A DNA stretch of 62,871 bases from an uncultured Thermoprotei archaeon. Its GTDB lineage: Archaea > Thermoproteota > Thermoprotei > Thermofilales > B15-G2. The stretch's first letter is position 1. Every line of letters begins with the position of its first letter. The notes below the pieces were generated by a model, which saw only the letters and a program-made list of their open reading frames with translations, was not told the origin of the DNA and ran no database searches. The translations under genes and the position numbers were made by a program. Shown here piece by piece: positions 51,120 through 60,966 of this stretch. The stretch covers positions 1-62,871 of the forward strand of contig CBDUKN010000017.1 of assembly GCA_965367815.1 (NCBI GenBank), written 5' to 3'.

Positions 51120-51510
51120 AGTCTACGTGAAAACATTCATTATTAAGACATATGGCCCTAACAAGCTCTTCGATATAACTGATAGAGTAGAGAAGATAGT
51201 TGAAGAAAGTCCAGTAGAAAACGGCGTAGTAACAGTATTTAGCCACGGGTCTACAGGAGCATTAGTTAGACTCAAGCCCGAGCAAGTAGAAGACTACAGT
51301 TACGCTTTATGGGACCTCGTACCTATTAAAGGCTGGCAGCACCCAGGGAATGCTTACGCTCACCTTAGATCAACACTTATCTCAACTAAACTCACTCTAC
51401 CAGTAATCAACAGCAAAGTAGTCTTAGGCCCAGCTAGAGTATATTTTGTTGAAAACCAGTGCTACATCGCGAGAGAACGTCATATAACAGTAGTTGTTGA
51501 AGGAGAATAG
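51112..51510 (+). CDS. YjbQ/UPF0047 family protein
   Basis: DIT, HGSTGA, H..NAYAHLRS. Confidence 0.85.
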   Translation: MSKVYVKTFIIKTYGPNKLFDITDRVEKIVEESPVENGVVTVFSHGSTGALVRLKPEQVEDYSYALWDLVPIKGWQHPGNAYAHLRSTLISTKLTLPVINSKVVLGPARVYFVENQCYIARERHITVVVEGE

Positions 51511-52004
51511 ACAATACTATTCATTTACAGGAAGCCTGCCTCTCTTAAGAGTTTATCAAGAAACTCACTTTATCTGCAGTAGGGGGAGTACTGTAGTGTA
51601 TGGTAACTATTTCCGCTTTAATGAATGCAGCACACTCGATCCATAGTTTCCAGTTGTGGTCCAGGACTGATGTACAGAAATATGTTTAAAGTCTTTTAGA
51701 GCCTCTATGCGCCTCTTCAACTCATCTTCTGTAGCGCTTATGTAACCGAAAGTAGCGAAAGGACCTAAACTATGTTTCGCTCTACCATCATAGAGCATAA
51801 CCATGATGGCTTGAAAACCTAATTTCTTATTTTTCGCAGCTTTCAAGAAACTGTATCTTAGGAGACTTGAAATAAATAAACCTATTTTATCGCTAAACAT
51901 GTTCGCTAAGTACACTACCGAAATTAACTAAACTTCCTCGAAATATGTGTTTTACTGCACTAATTATTTTACCACTATTTTTAAATATTCCATAACTACT
52001 ATAT

Positions 52005-52235
52005 ATGGTGAATATGCAAATTCTGGTTAAGATGGACCGCCAAGGAAGAATACTGATACCATCTAGTATTAGACAAAAACTAGATACATCAATATTTCTG
52101 CTAGAGTACTCTGAAAACGAAATAAGACTTAAGCCTATCAAGACAATTAGCTTAAAAGAATTCTTTGATTCAATAGAAGTAGAAGTGGATGACTTTACTG
52201 ACACACATGCTCTGAGAAAATCATTGAGAAAATGA
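52005..52235 (+). CDS. AbrB-family antitoxin
   Basis: MDRQGRILIPSSIR. Confidence 0.88.
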   Translation: MVNMQILVKMDRQGRILIPSSIRQKLDTSIFLLEYSENEIRLKPIKTISLKEFFDSIEVEVDDFTDTHALRKSLRK

Positions 52236-52651
52236 GATTCCTAGATTCATCTGTCTTCATACACGCATTCCTTAAACCTAAAAGAAAATTGAGCAATAAA
52301 GAAAAATTAATTAAAAATAAAGCTAAGAAAATAATATCCCGTGTAGATAATGGCGAAGAAGTAGCAACAACAGTAATTCACTTAAGCGAAATACTAAACA
52401 TTATTGAATCTAGGCTAGGTCTAGTTAAAAGTATTCAATTTCTTTTACGAGTGCTCTCATTATCAAACATAAAGATACTTGATGTAGCTAAAGAAGATTA
52501 TGAAGCAGCACTACTAATAGCTCAACGCTATAGCATCAGTCCAAACGATGCTTTAGCATATATTAAGATGAAACAGCATGGAATAAAAGAAATATATACT
52601 TTTGATAAACATTTCAAAAATATACCAGATATAGCAATTATCCAAAACTAG
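52232..52651 (+). CDS. vapC: VapC PIN toxin
   Basis: FLDSSV, HLSE, PNDA, TFDKHF. Confidence 0.92.
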   Translation: MRFLDSSVFIHAFLKPKRKLSNKEKLIKNKAKKIISRVDNGEEVATTVIHLSEILNIIESRLGLVKSIQFLLRVLSLSNIKILDVAKEDYEAALLIAQRYSISPNDALAYIKMKQHGIKEIYTFDKHFKNIPDIAIIQN

Positions 52652-53136
52652 TATCACTTAATGTTAATTAGCAGACTTACAGAATATTATTTTAACAATT
52701 AATTCTGTAGTAGTTAAAATATTTAGAAGAGAAAATAGAAGCCAGCATTCTGTTCTACCATAACTCATATAAAGGCACACTGATGTTTCTGCAAACTACT
52801 TAAACCACACTATAGAACAATATTGCTCAATAGTAGAGAACTTGAATTCTAGAGTAGAAGAGAACTTGCAAAAAGAATGGGCTATCGACACCGTTTTTAC
52901 TGAAGACACAAATTATAGAGAGAATCTACGAAATTAAGGTAGAAGTGTTACAAAACAGGAGAAGACTACCTATAGTTGTTTCCACTGCATCCCGATTCTT
53001 GCTAAGATCTTTTACTTCGCAAATATTATTTTTACAATTATCTAGATTTTAGTTAAACGAATTTCTATGAGAATCTTTGCACTATAAATAGTTTCTGCAA
53101 GACTAAGGATATTTATTTGCTGTTTTAAGCAATTTT

Positions 53137-53607
53137 ATGACTAAAGGTCCCCGAATAGAGAAGTTTAAGTATATTTTCTCGGTGGACGCCCATAATGAGG
53201 AAAAATATGTTACTTTTATTGAGACTTGTAGTGGACACAAGATTATAGTTGATGAACCCGTTAAGTGTGGTGGCGAAGGTAAGGGCCCTAATCCTATTGA
53301 ATTATTTTTGGCTTCTCTTGCTTCATGCTTTATTATTTCCGTCAAAATGCATGCAATGAGACTAAAGGTTCCCGTAGACAGTATTGATGTTTATGTCGAA
53401 GGCTGCTTTGATATTAGAGGTTTCTTAGCGATTAAGGGCTTTAAGCCTGGCTTTGAGAAAATTGTTTTAAAAGCTAAAGTTAAGAGTAGCGCTGATAGAG
53501 CTACTGTCGAGAAAATTGTTGAGAAGGCTCTACGAGGCTGGGTTACTGGGTCTACTGTACAGAAAGGATTTCCTATAGACATTAGAGTGGAAGTAGAGTC
53601 TACTTGA
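53137..53607 (+). CDS. OsmC/Ohr family protein
   Basis: DEP..GG..GPNPIELFLASLASC. Confidence 0.88.
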   Translation: MTKGPRIEKFKYIFSVDAHNEEKYVTFIETCSGHKIIVDEPVKCGGEGKGPNPIELFLASLASCFIISVKMHAMRLKVPVDSIDVYVEGCFDIRGFLAIKGFKPGFEKIVLKAKVKSSADRATVEKIVEKALRGWVTGSTVQKGFPIDIRVEVEST

Positions 53608-53644
53608 CTAACTTTTATATTTTCGGCTATTCCAAGTATACTGT

Positions 53645-53857
53645 ATGCAGTCTACTACTATACGTATTTCAAAAAATACTTTAGAGTTGCTTGAAGCATA
53701 TAAGAGAAAAGTAGGCGCCCGTAGCTTTGATGAAGCTATTCGCAGACTTTTACTCGAGTACCGTAGGTCGCTGGTAAACAAGTACTTTGGTATCGATAAA
53801 GGAAAAATAAGTAAGTTTACAGAGGAGGATAGACTTGAAGACAGGTCAATACATTAA
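53645..53857 (+). CDS. VapB-type antitoxin
   Basis: TTIRISK..SFDEAIRRLL; upstream of vapC. Confidence 0.85.
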   Translation: MQSTTIRISKNTLELLEAYKRKVGARSFDEAIRRLLLEYRRSLVNKYFGIDKGKISKFTEEDRLEDRSIH

Positions 53858-54263
53858 CGTCGTTATAGATACATATGCTTGGATCGAGTACTTTAATGGT
53901 ACTACTGAAGGCATTAAAGTGAAAGACATTATTATTGAAGCAGAATACGTCTACACACCATCGATAGTTTTAGCTGAATTAGCGAGAAAGTATTTTCGCA
54001 GCGGTGTAGACTATAAGACTATTGAAAAGCGTTTGAAAATTATTGAAGAGCTCTCGATAATTGTTGGAATAGATTCTACGCTTGCATTAAAAGCTGCTGA
54101 AGCATACTTTGATTTAATTTCACATACTAGAAAACTTGGATTAAAGTCTAAACCTGGCTTGGGAGATACTTTAATTTTGGCTACGGCTAGGCTTCTTAAA
54201 GCCAAGGTAGTTACAGGTGACCAACACTTTAAAGGACTTAAAGAGACTATTTGGATAGGATGA
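53835..54263 (+). CDS. vapC: VapC PIN toxin
   Basis: IDTYAWIEYF, LAE, GD, TGDQHF. Confidence 0.92.
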   Translation: MKTGQYINVVIDTYAWIEYFNGTTEGIKVKDIIIEAEYVYTPSIVLAELARKYFRSGVDYKTIEKRLKIIEELSIIVGIDSTLALKAAEAYFDLISHTRKLGLKSKPGLGDTLILATARLLKAKVVTGDQHFKGLKETIWIG

Positions 54264-54268
54264 AAGTG

Positions 54269-54841
54269 CTATAGTACTATTATTTTATCCATGAATTTTA
54301 TTAGCTCTTCTAAGAGCTGTTTCTCTCTAGTTGATATTTCTGTACCTTTGTCGTCTGCTAGCTTTTCTCCATAGTAAGCGTTTGCTATGAATGTTTCTGC
54401 TTTATTTATGCACTCGACTATGTCTTCTAAGGGTCCTTGGTGGAGATATATTGTGAGGTCGTTTATTACTAGTATTTTGGTCGGGTTCTTTGAGTATTCT
54501 TTGAGAAGTGGTTTTAGTGCTTCTGCATTTGCTTTAGCTTTACTTAATATTTCTTCGGGTGTTTTGCCTGTAGTTCGGGGAGCATAAATTTTCTCGGGCT
54601 TCAGGTATCTTATCGCCTTCAAGGCTTCTTCGCTTAAGTACTCCTTTAGTAAGCCACCTATTTTTCCTATTTTAGGTGGAGCCATATCTATTACTGTTAT
54701 TTCGCTTGCATAGTTTCTTAAAGCAAGTTCTTCGACTATTCTAGCTGTAAGGAGCGTTTTGCCGCTGCCTACTTCACCTACTATTAGAGTTTTCTTTCCT
54801 AGCAGGCTTTCTACTTCTAGAGGTATTTTACTCGAAGACAT
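54269..54841 (-). CDS. Small P-loop NTPase
   Basis: GEVGSGKT, IDMAP, INDL. Confidence 0.75.
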   Translation of the reverse strand: MSSSKIPLEVESLLGKKTLIVGEVGSGKTLLTARIVEELALRNYASEITVIDMAPPKIGKIGGLLKEYLSEEALKAIRYLKPEKIYAPRTTGKTPEEILSKAKANAEALKPLLKEYSKNPTKILVINDLTIYLHQGPLEDIVECINKAETFIANAYYGEKLADDKGTEISTREKQLLEELIKFMDKIIVL

Positions 54842-55379
54842 CGCTTGTTATCCCTATTTTCTTCAATATTTTCACTGTAATAAAGCCCATTATTGAGCCG
54901 GGTACTGAGCTGAAAGCCCATCCTATCCAGAGCGCTATGAGAGCGGATAGAGCTCCTTCCTGGAGCTTAGAAAGCATTCTTATGTCATGTAGTGCTGGCG
55001 CGAAGACTAGTAGTGCTAGTGTGCCTCCTATCAGTACTGTGCCTATGGGCTCGAAAAGTCCTGCTACTTCAGCCTTGTTCCTGAATTTTGTTTTCTTGAG
55101 GAATCTGTGGACAAGGCCTACTACTAGTGCTCCCGGTATTCCTCCAGGTATACTATAGATAGTTCCTATACCGAGGCTCATTCTTATTACTCCTATGAAA
55201 AGAGCTACTAGTGCGGCCCACCAGGGGCCTAATAGTACTCCGGCGACAACGTTTATGAGGTGTTGGCCCGGGTAAGCTTTGCTTCCGAGGACAGGGAACC
55301 AGAGGAAAGGTGCTAGCACTACTCCTAAGGCAGTCAGTATAGCTGCTGCTACTATTTTGAGAGACTGCTTGTTAGGCAT
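54828..55379 (-). CDS. thiW: ECF transporter S component ThiW
   Basis: YPGQHLINV..LLGPW, GT..PG, EPIGT; next to thiD. Confidence 0.9.
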   Translation of the reverse strand: MPNKQSLKIVAAAILTALGVVLAPFLWFPVLGSKAYPGQHLINVVAGVLLGPWWAALVALFIGVIRMSLGIGTIYSIPGGIPGALVVGLVHRFLKKTKFRNKAEVAGLFEPIGTVLIGGTLALLVFAPALHDIRMLSKLQEGALSALIALWIGWAFSSVPGSIMGFITVKILKKIGITSDVFE

Positions 55380-55381
55380 AC

Positions 55382-56797
55382 TTATTTCCCGTAAACTTTC
55401 TCGGCTAGTTTTAGTACCTTTTTAGCGCAGTCTACTGCTGTTTCGCCGAAAACTACTATCATGGGTTCTTTGCCCCAGTCTCCTTCGTGGTAAATTATGT
55501 CAGGTACTTTTCCTTCAGCATTCTTAATTGCCTCTGAGACACCCCAAGGTATTGTCGCTCCTTCTTTGGCTTTTACTTCGGGAGGCTCTTTTCTCCTATC
55601 GTAGTACGATACTATTAGTCCTTCTTTCTCAGCTACCTCGAGTATCTTTTTATCGAACCGTATGTTTATTGCAGCTCTCTTACGAGGATCATGCTTCATT
55701 ATATTCAGTATGTAGCGTGCTAAGTGACTTGAAGCACCGAAGTCCGGTGCATGTAGGCAGGTGACTCTGTTTACTGTTTTCCTCAGTCTGCCAGGTACTG
55801 CTGCTACGTCTTCTATTGAGTCAGCGTAAGGTAGAGCCATAGCTATGTTCATTCCCACTTCGGGAACAAGGTTTACTGATAGAGAAGAATTCTCTATTAG
55901 GAGCACGGCTTCCATAACGTTTTTAAGCACATTATAGCGTTCTGAGTCTTTGTAGAGTAGAGCCAAGGGATTTACTGGGCCGTGTCCTCTACCTACAGGC
56001 ACTCCGTAGCGAATAGCAGCTGTTATAAGCTTCTTCGCAACAGAAACTGCTTCAACTATACTCTTCTCTTTAGCCAACTCAGCTGCTATAGCGGCTGAAA
56101 AAGAGCAACCCGTGCCGTGAGTGTTCCTAGACTCTATTCTCTCGGCTTCATAAAAATAGTACTCTCCCTCGTAGTAGAGAACATCTACAGACTTCTCGGT
56201 GTAAAGATGACCTCCTTTAACTACTACTGCTTTTGGCCCTAGCTCAGCTATCTTCTTAGCTGCTTTCTTCTGGTCTTCTAGACTACTTATTTTAAAGCCG
56301 CAGAGAACTTCAGCTTCTCTAGCATTCGGCGTAAGCACTGTAGCTAAAGGCAAAAGCTCCTCTACAAGAGTCTTAACGGCTTCTTGTTTCAGTAACGGAG
56401 CTCCGCTTTTAGCTATCATTACAGGGTCTACGACTAAAGGAAAGCCATACTCCTTTACTTTCTTAGCTACCACTCTAATGATTTCGCTTGTGTGCAGCAT
56501 TCCTGTTTTAGCTGCATCTACTCCAATATCTGAGAACACTGCATCTATTTGCTTCTCAATAATCTCTAACTCAACATCCTGTACACCAGTCACTGCCGTA
56601 GTATTCTGCGCAGTAATAGCAGTCAACACTACAGTACCGTGAACCCCGAGCGCAGCAAAAGTCTTTAAATCTGCCTCAATACCTGCTCCTCCACCACTAT
56701 CGCTACCCGCAATAGTCATTGCTACAGGAACCTTACCATAAATATCGATCCAAACCATACGTAGACTACTGTGCTTAATGCAATAAATGTTTATCAT
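55382..56797 (-). CDS. thiD: HMP/HMP-P kinase fused to ThiN thiamine-phosphate synthase (ThiDN)
   Basis: IAGSDSGGGAGIEADLK, HGTGC; C-terminal PEVG, GASSH, GKEPMI. Confidence 0.95.
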   Translation of the reverse strand: MINIYCIKHSSLRMVWIDIYGKVPVAMTIAGSDSGGGAGIEADLKTFAALGVHGTVVLTAITAQNTTAVTGVQDVELEIIEKQIDAVFSDIGVDAAKTGMLHTSEIIRVVAKKVKEYGFPLVVDPVMIAKSGAPLLKQEAVKTLVEELLPLATVLTPNAREAEVLCGFKISSLEDQKKAAKKIAELGPKAVVVKGGHLYTEKSVDVLYYEGEYYFYEAERIESRNTHGTGCSFSAAIAAELAKEKSIVEAVSVAKKLITAAIRYGVPVGRGHGPVNPLALLYKDSERYNVLKNVMEAVLLIENSSLSVNLVPEVGMNIAMALPYADSIEDVAAVPGRLRKTVNRVTCLHAPDFGASSHLARYILNIMKHDPRKRAAINIRFDKKILEVAEKEGLIVSYYDRRKEPPEVKAKEGATIPWGVSEAIKNAEGKVPDIIYHEGDWGKEPMIVVFGETAVDCAKKVLKLAEKVYGK

Positions 56798-56952
56798 TAT
56801 TCAATGAAAAATCTCCGCTGATTTAGGGAAATATCTCAAGGACACAAGTAAAAATATGCAAAATATTCTTGTAGACAAAACAGAGCCCCTAGACATCAAC
56901 TCTACTTAAGCAATTACTTATTGTTTTATACAGTAAACAAGCATTACGATAC

Positions 56953-58014
56953 ATGAACTCAGCTAATGGAGTATACTGGCTTGCTTCAGTAAAAAACATT
57001 AAGTTTGAAGAAAATGAGCTGAGAAGAATTTACCGCGAATTAGCTTTAAAGGGGATAAACATCGTTAACGTAATATCATATAAGTGCATAAGAGACTTGG
57101 GTGGCGCACCGGACATAGAATACGCGCTCTTTTCTCTAAGCAGTGTTCTTACCGTAGCAGATGAAGCCAAAGACATAGATCTGCTTAAACTGCAAGTAGA
57201 AATAGCTCACGAAGAAGACTTACTGACTAGAACTTACTTAAATGCCCATTGGTACGGCTATGGCTTCTACTCAAAGCACAGAGACTAGACTCAAGTAAAA
57301 GCCGACGGAAAACCCGTAGACAATCTCTACGGCCACGATTACTCAATGTGCGTCAACACTGGTACCGTGACCGAATGATTAACCTCGCGGCTGAAGTTGC
57401 CTCAAGAGGAGTAGACATAATTTTCTTCGACAGCCCAGCCTACTATCCTGGAGCATGTTGCTGTAAAAAGCTGCTTAAAGAAATTTAGAGAAATATATGG
57501 TAAAGATATTCCTCGTAAAGAAGACTGGAAGAGTCTTAGTTGGAGGAGATTTATTCTCTTCCGCTAAGAGTCCCTTAGAGACTTTCTAATAGATGTTCGT
57601 AGAGCTTTGAGAAACCGCGGCTTGAAGACTTTGATTTACAGTAATACTAGTGGGGCAGTATTGGAACTACGAATTCCTCGACTACATAAAATTGTTCAAA
57701 AACGCTTTAAACTGGGCTGATCTGAAAGAGTATTCACTCGAACTAAAGGGACCGGAATTTATTGAGGCCACTTTGTGGAGAGGAGAAAACTGGTACTTGA
57801 TATTCTTGGCTAACTACAATTACTCGATTAGAAGACCTTTTGAGGAAGTTATTGAGGCTAAAAGACATTAAAGTGAGAATAAGGGCAGAAGAACCTAAGA
57901 GAGTTTTGTCTCTAGTATATTTAACTGAATATGAGTATTGCGTGGAGCAAGACAGAATATTAGTACATGTACCTGGGATTAAAGACTACGATATAATCTT
58001 AGTGGAGTACTAAG
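56953..58014 (+). pseudogene. Degraded glycoside-hydrolase-like gene
   Basis: Fragments including GVDIIFFD..CC and a C-terminal beta domain across frames with stops. Confidence 0.5.
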
Positions 58015-58015
58015 T

Positions 58016-59341
58016 TTACTTAAGTACGTAACGCGTTTTCGCTCCTCTGCCCCTTCTTTCAACTAAGCCTATTTTTTCTAGACGCTCTAGACGAGCTACT
58101 ACTGCTGTTTTAGATAATCCTACTCTTTCTGCTATTTCACTACTTCGGGCTTCTCCCAGTACTTTAATGACTTCTAGTATTTCTCTATCTTTTTCGTCGA
58201 GTAGTTCTCTCACTTCACTTACTTTCTCGAACACTACTTCGGTGTAGTAAGGCTGTATATTGAACTTAAGGTCTACTAGAGGATGTTCGCTGCAAGCTTT
58301 CTTCATTCTATAAATTCCAGTTCCCCATTTTTCTATATAGCCTATGTCGTAGAGATATTGACACAGTAGAGGATTTCTAGGCACATGACGTGGATTTTCG
58401 GGCGAAACTCCTGGCGGGAAACTTCCAGGATTTTTCACTACTATCTTTTTGGGAAATATGAAAACCTGTGTCTCAGACGGTATTAGATAATTTCTATGAG
58501 CCAGTGCGTTTGTTACAGCTTCTCTAAGTGCATCTAATGGGTACTCATAAAGCTCTATTCTACGCCACTTTGCTTCACGAATAGGTATTTTCATGAGATT
58601 TGCTTTGAAAAATTCTTCTAGCTCGTTTATTATTTTCCATACAGGGCCTTCTATAAACCTATAGTAAGCCACTCTAGTCATATCTTCGTCGAGAAACTTT
58701 ACTAACTGGACACGTGCCCAGGGTACGTATTTGACCGGATTTTGTGTAAAAAACAGTACTCCTGCTCCACTTAGAGATTTTTCACTATTTCTGGAAACTA
58801 TGATATTGAGCTTTTCTGCAATTTCCATAAGGTCTCCGTAACTCTTAACATTTCTTACTTTTTCCCTAGTTTCAAGAAACCATTTAAGTATATTTAAATC
58901 TATCTCGGTGGCCGGCACTCCGCTAGGAGCTCTATCAAAGAAGTAAAGCACTGCTTCGGCTGCTCTCTCAAGTAATTCGTTTAAAGCTAAAGGCTTTACG
59001 TTTTTTCCTACTCTAATATAGGCAATGTATCTAAAAGTATGTATTTTAGTACTTTTGGGGACTCTTATTAAGTATATACTTTTATTTTCAATAGAAATTT
59101 TGTCAACTTTAACTCTCAGAGGAGGTGTAATATTCAATAAAATATCTGAAAGCTTTTGTAGGATATCCTCCTTTACTCCAATAATATTGCCTTCGTCATC
59201 TACGCCTACAAGTATTACTCCGCCTTCAGTATTTGCGAAAGCTACTATATCTTTCCCTATATCTGAAGTAAGCTTTCTCTTAAACTCTATAGTATCGCTC
59301 TCACCAGACTTAATTAACTCAAGTACTTCGAGTATACTCAC
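58016..59341 (-). CDS. AlbA_2 (Schlafen-like) + HATPase_c_4 + HTH protein
   Basis: GESDTIEFK, AFANTEGG, REAVTNALAHRNY, RNP, GTG. Confidence 0.9.
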   Translation of the reverse strand: MSILEVLELIKSGESDTIEFKRKLTSDIGKDIVAFANTEGGVILVGVDDEGNIIGVKEDILQKLSDILLNITPPLRVKVDKISIENKSIYLIRVPKSTKIHTFRYIAYIRVGKNVKPLALNELLERAAEAVLYFFDRAPSGVPATEIDLNILKWFLETREKVRNVKSYGDLMEIAEKLNIIVSRNSEKSLSGAGVLFFTQNPVKYVPWARVQLVKFLDEDMTRVAYYRFIEGPVWKIINELEEFFKANLMKIPIREAKWRRIELYEYPLDALREAVTNALAHRNYLIPSETQVFIFPKKIVVKNPGSFPPGVSPENPRHVPRNPLLCQYLYDIGYIEKWGTGIYRMKKACSEHPLVDLKFNIQPYYTEVVFEKVSEVRELLDEKDREILEVIKVLGEARSSEIAERVGLSKTAVVARLERLEKIGLVERRGRGAKTRYVLK

Positions 59342-59553
59342 TCTTTCACCGTTAAGTAGTGTTAAACCTATTTTACTTAACGATAAACATCTATATGTGT
59401 TTTTTTAATAAAAATAAGAAAGAATAATTACGTTTCCCGACTTCCCTCGCGACTTGGATTATACCGTTAAGCACAGCTTACTTAACACTACTTAACGATA
59501 TCAAAGTAAATTCTGCAACTCTTAAAAGTAATTATTTACATGAAACCAATAAG

Positions 59554-60273
59554 CTATAGTCTTAGCATTCTCAGAGTATTTTCTCTTAAAACTAGCCTCA
59601 GATCTTCTTCACTGATACCCGATACTTTTACTTTCAGTATTTCGTATGCAGGGTGACCGAAAGGCATGTCAGATCCATATAGTACCCGGTCTGCTCCAAG
59701 TACTTCAACCGCCTCCTTTATTTTACTATGCATAGGCATGCCTGACGTCTCTAAGTATATGTTGTCGTGTTTTTTCGCTACATCGATAGCTCCATTGATA
59801 TAGACTATGTGTCCGTGCCCCATGTGCCCGAGAATTATTGTTACATCAGGGAATCTATCAGCTAGCGAAGAGAAGTGCCATGGAAGAGACCAAGGCGGGT
59901 GCCCGCAGTGGAAGAGCACAGGTATTCTATATTTTCGCGCTCTCTCCATTACTGGGTAAACTATATCTTGGTCCGGCAAGTAAGCGTCGAGTAGCGGGTG
60001 CATTTTAATACCCTTAAATCCCCATTCGAGTACCGCTTGATCAATCTGCTCTAGCGCTTTTTCTCCTTGATGAGGATTAATCCAAATAAAACCAATAAGC
60101 CTCTCTGGGTACTTCTTGACTGCTTTTAGCGTAAGCTCATTTGGCAGAGAGAATACTACCGCTTTTTCAATACCGTATTCATTCATAATTTTGATCATGG
60201 ACTCTGCGTTTAGTCCGACATTGAATAAAGGGAAATCTCCTAGATGTGTGTGAGCATCTACTATATTCTTCAT
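59554..60273 (-). CDS. Amidohydrolase-2 family protein
   Basis: DAHTH, GIKMHP, FHCG, GHMG, YGSDMP. Confidence 0.9.
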   Translation of the reverse strand: MKNIVDAHTHLGDFPLFNVGLNAESMIKIMNEYGIEKAVVFSLPNELTLKAVKKYPERLIGFIWINPHQGEKALEQIDQAVLEWGFKGIKMHPLLDAYLPDQDIVYPVMERARKYRIPVLFHCGHPPWSLPWHFSSLADRFPDVTIILGHMGHGHIVYINGAIDVAKKHDNIYLETSGMPMHSKIKEAVEVLGADRVLYGSDMPFGHPAYEILKVKVSGISEEDLRLVLRENTLRMLRL

Positions 60274-60282
60274 TTTCTCACC

Positions 60283-60804
60283 TCATATGAAATACTCTAT
60301 TCTAAGAGACTTTCTGAGAGCCATTAACACCAAGAAAGCAGCTACAATATCAACTACACTAAGAGGAAAGAATGTTATCAAGTCTAGGTAGGCTACAGGC
60401 CCGAAAAGCCAATAGTCGTAGAAAAAGTAAGCGAAATTTTTCCACACATGGCTCACAGCCATCGCTAAGACTTCAGAAATCCGTGGCTTACTTGGAATAA
60501 TTCTTCTAAGTTTTCCTATAATATAGCCCATTGCTCCGCGTATAACTAGTGTTGCTGGAGCCCACTGTATGAAAGTACTTTGATAAAGCGGGTTCCATAT
60601 ATCGAAAAGCATTGCTCCCACGCCGCAGGCGAAAGCTCCCACTTTAGGCCCAAACATTATTGCCGCAACAAAAGATGCCACGTCACCTAGATGCCACACG
60701 CCAAGAGGTTTAGGCATAGGAACAGCAATACATGTCATAATGTAGACTAGCGCAGTCATTATAGCTGTATATGCTACAAACAGAGTACGTGAGGCTTTAG
60801 ACAC
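60283..60804 (-). CDS. ECF transporter S component
   Basis: AIMTALV, HLGD, FGP..G, WAPAT. Confidence 0.85.
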   Translation of the reverse strand: MSKASRTLFVAYTAIMTALVYIMTCIAVPMPKPLGVWHLGDVASFVAAIMFGPKVGAFACGVGAMLFDIWNPLYQSTFIQWAPATLVIRGAMGYIIGKLRRIIPSKPRISEVLAMAVSHVWKNFAYFFYDYWLFGPVAYLDLITFFPLSVVDIVAAFLVLMALRKSLRIEYFI

Positions 60805-60966
60805 ATTTAGGGAAGCTAGCGCTAGCTTATATTATGATATTAATTCTTATATATTAGTGCTAGAGTATAGACTCTTACATATATTTCCTACTAATTAAAT
60901 TTACTTGTTTGCAATAGAAAATAGTGCTGAGTAAACTTAAATATATAAGACTAAACTTTAATATTA

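Noticed and set aside
56760-56950. TPP riboswitch upstream of thiDN
   Set aside because: No CTGAGA/ACCTG core motif seen; no tRNA or rRNA recognised anywhere in the window either
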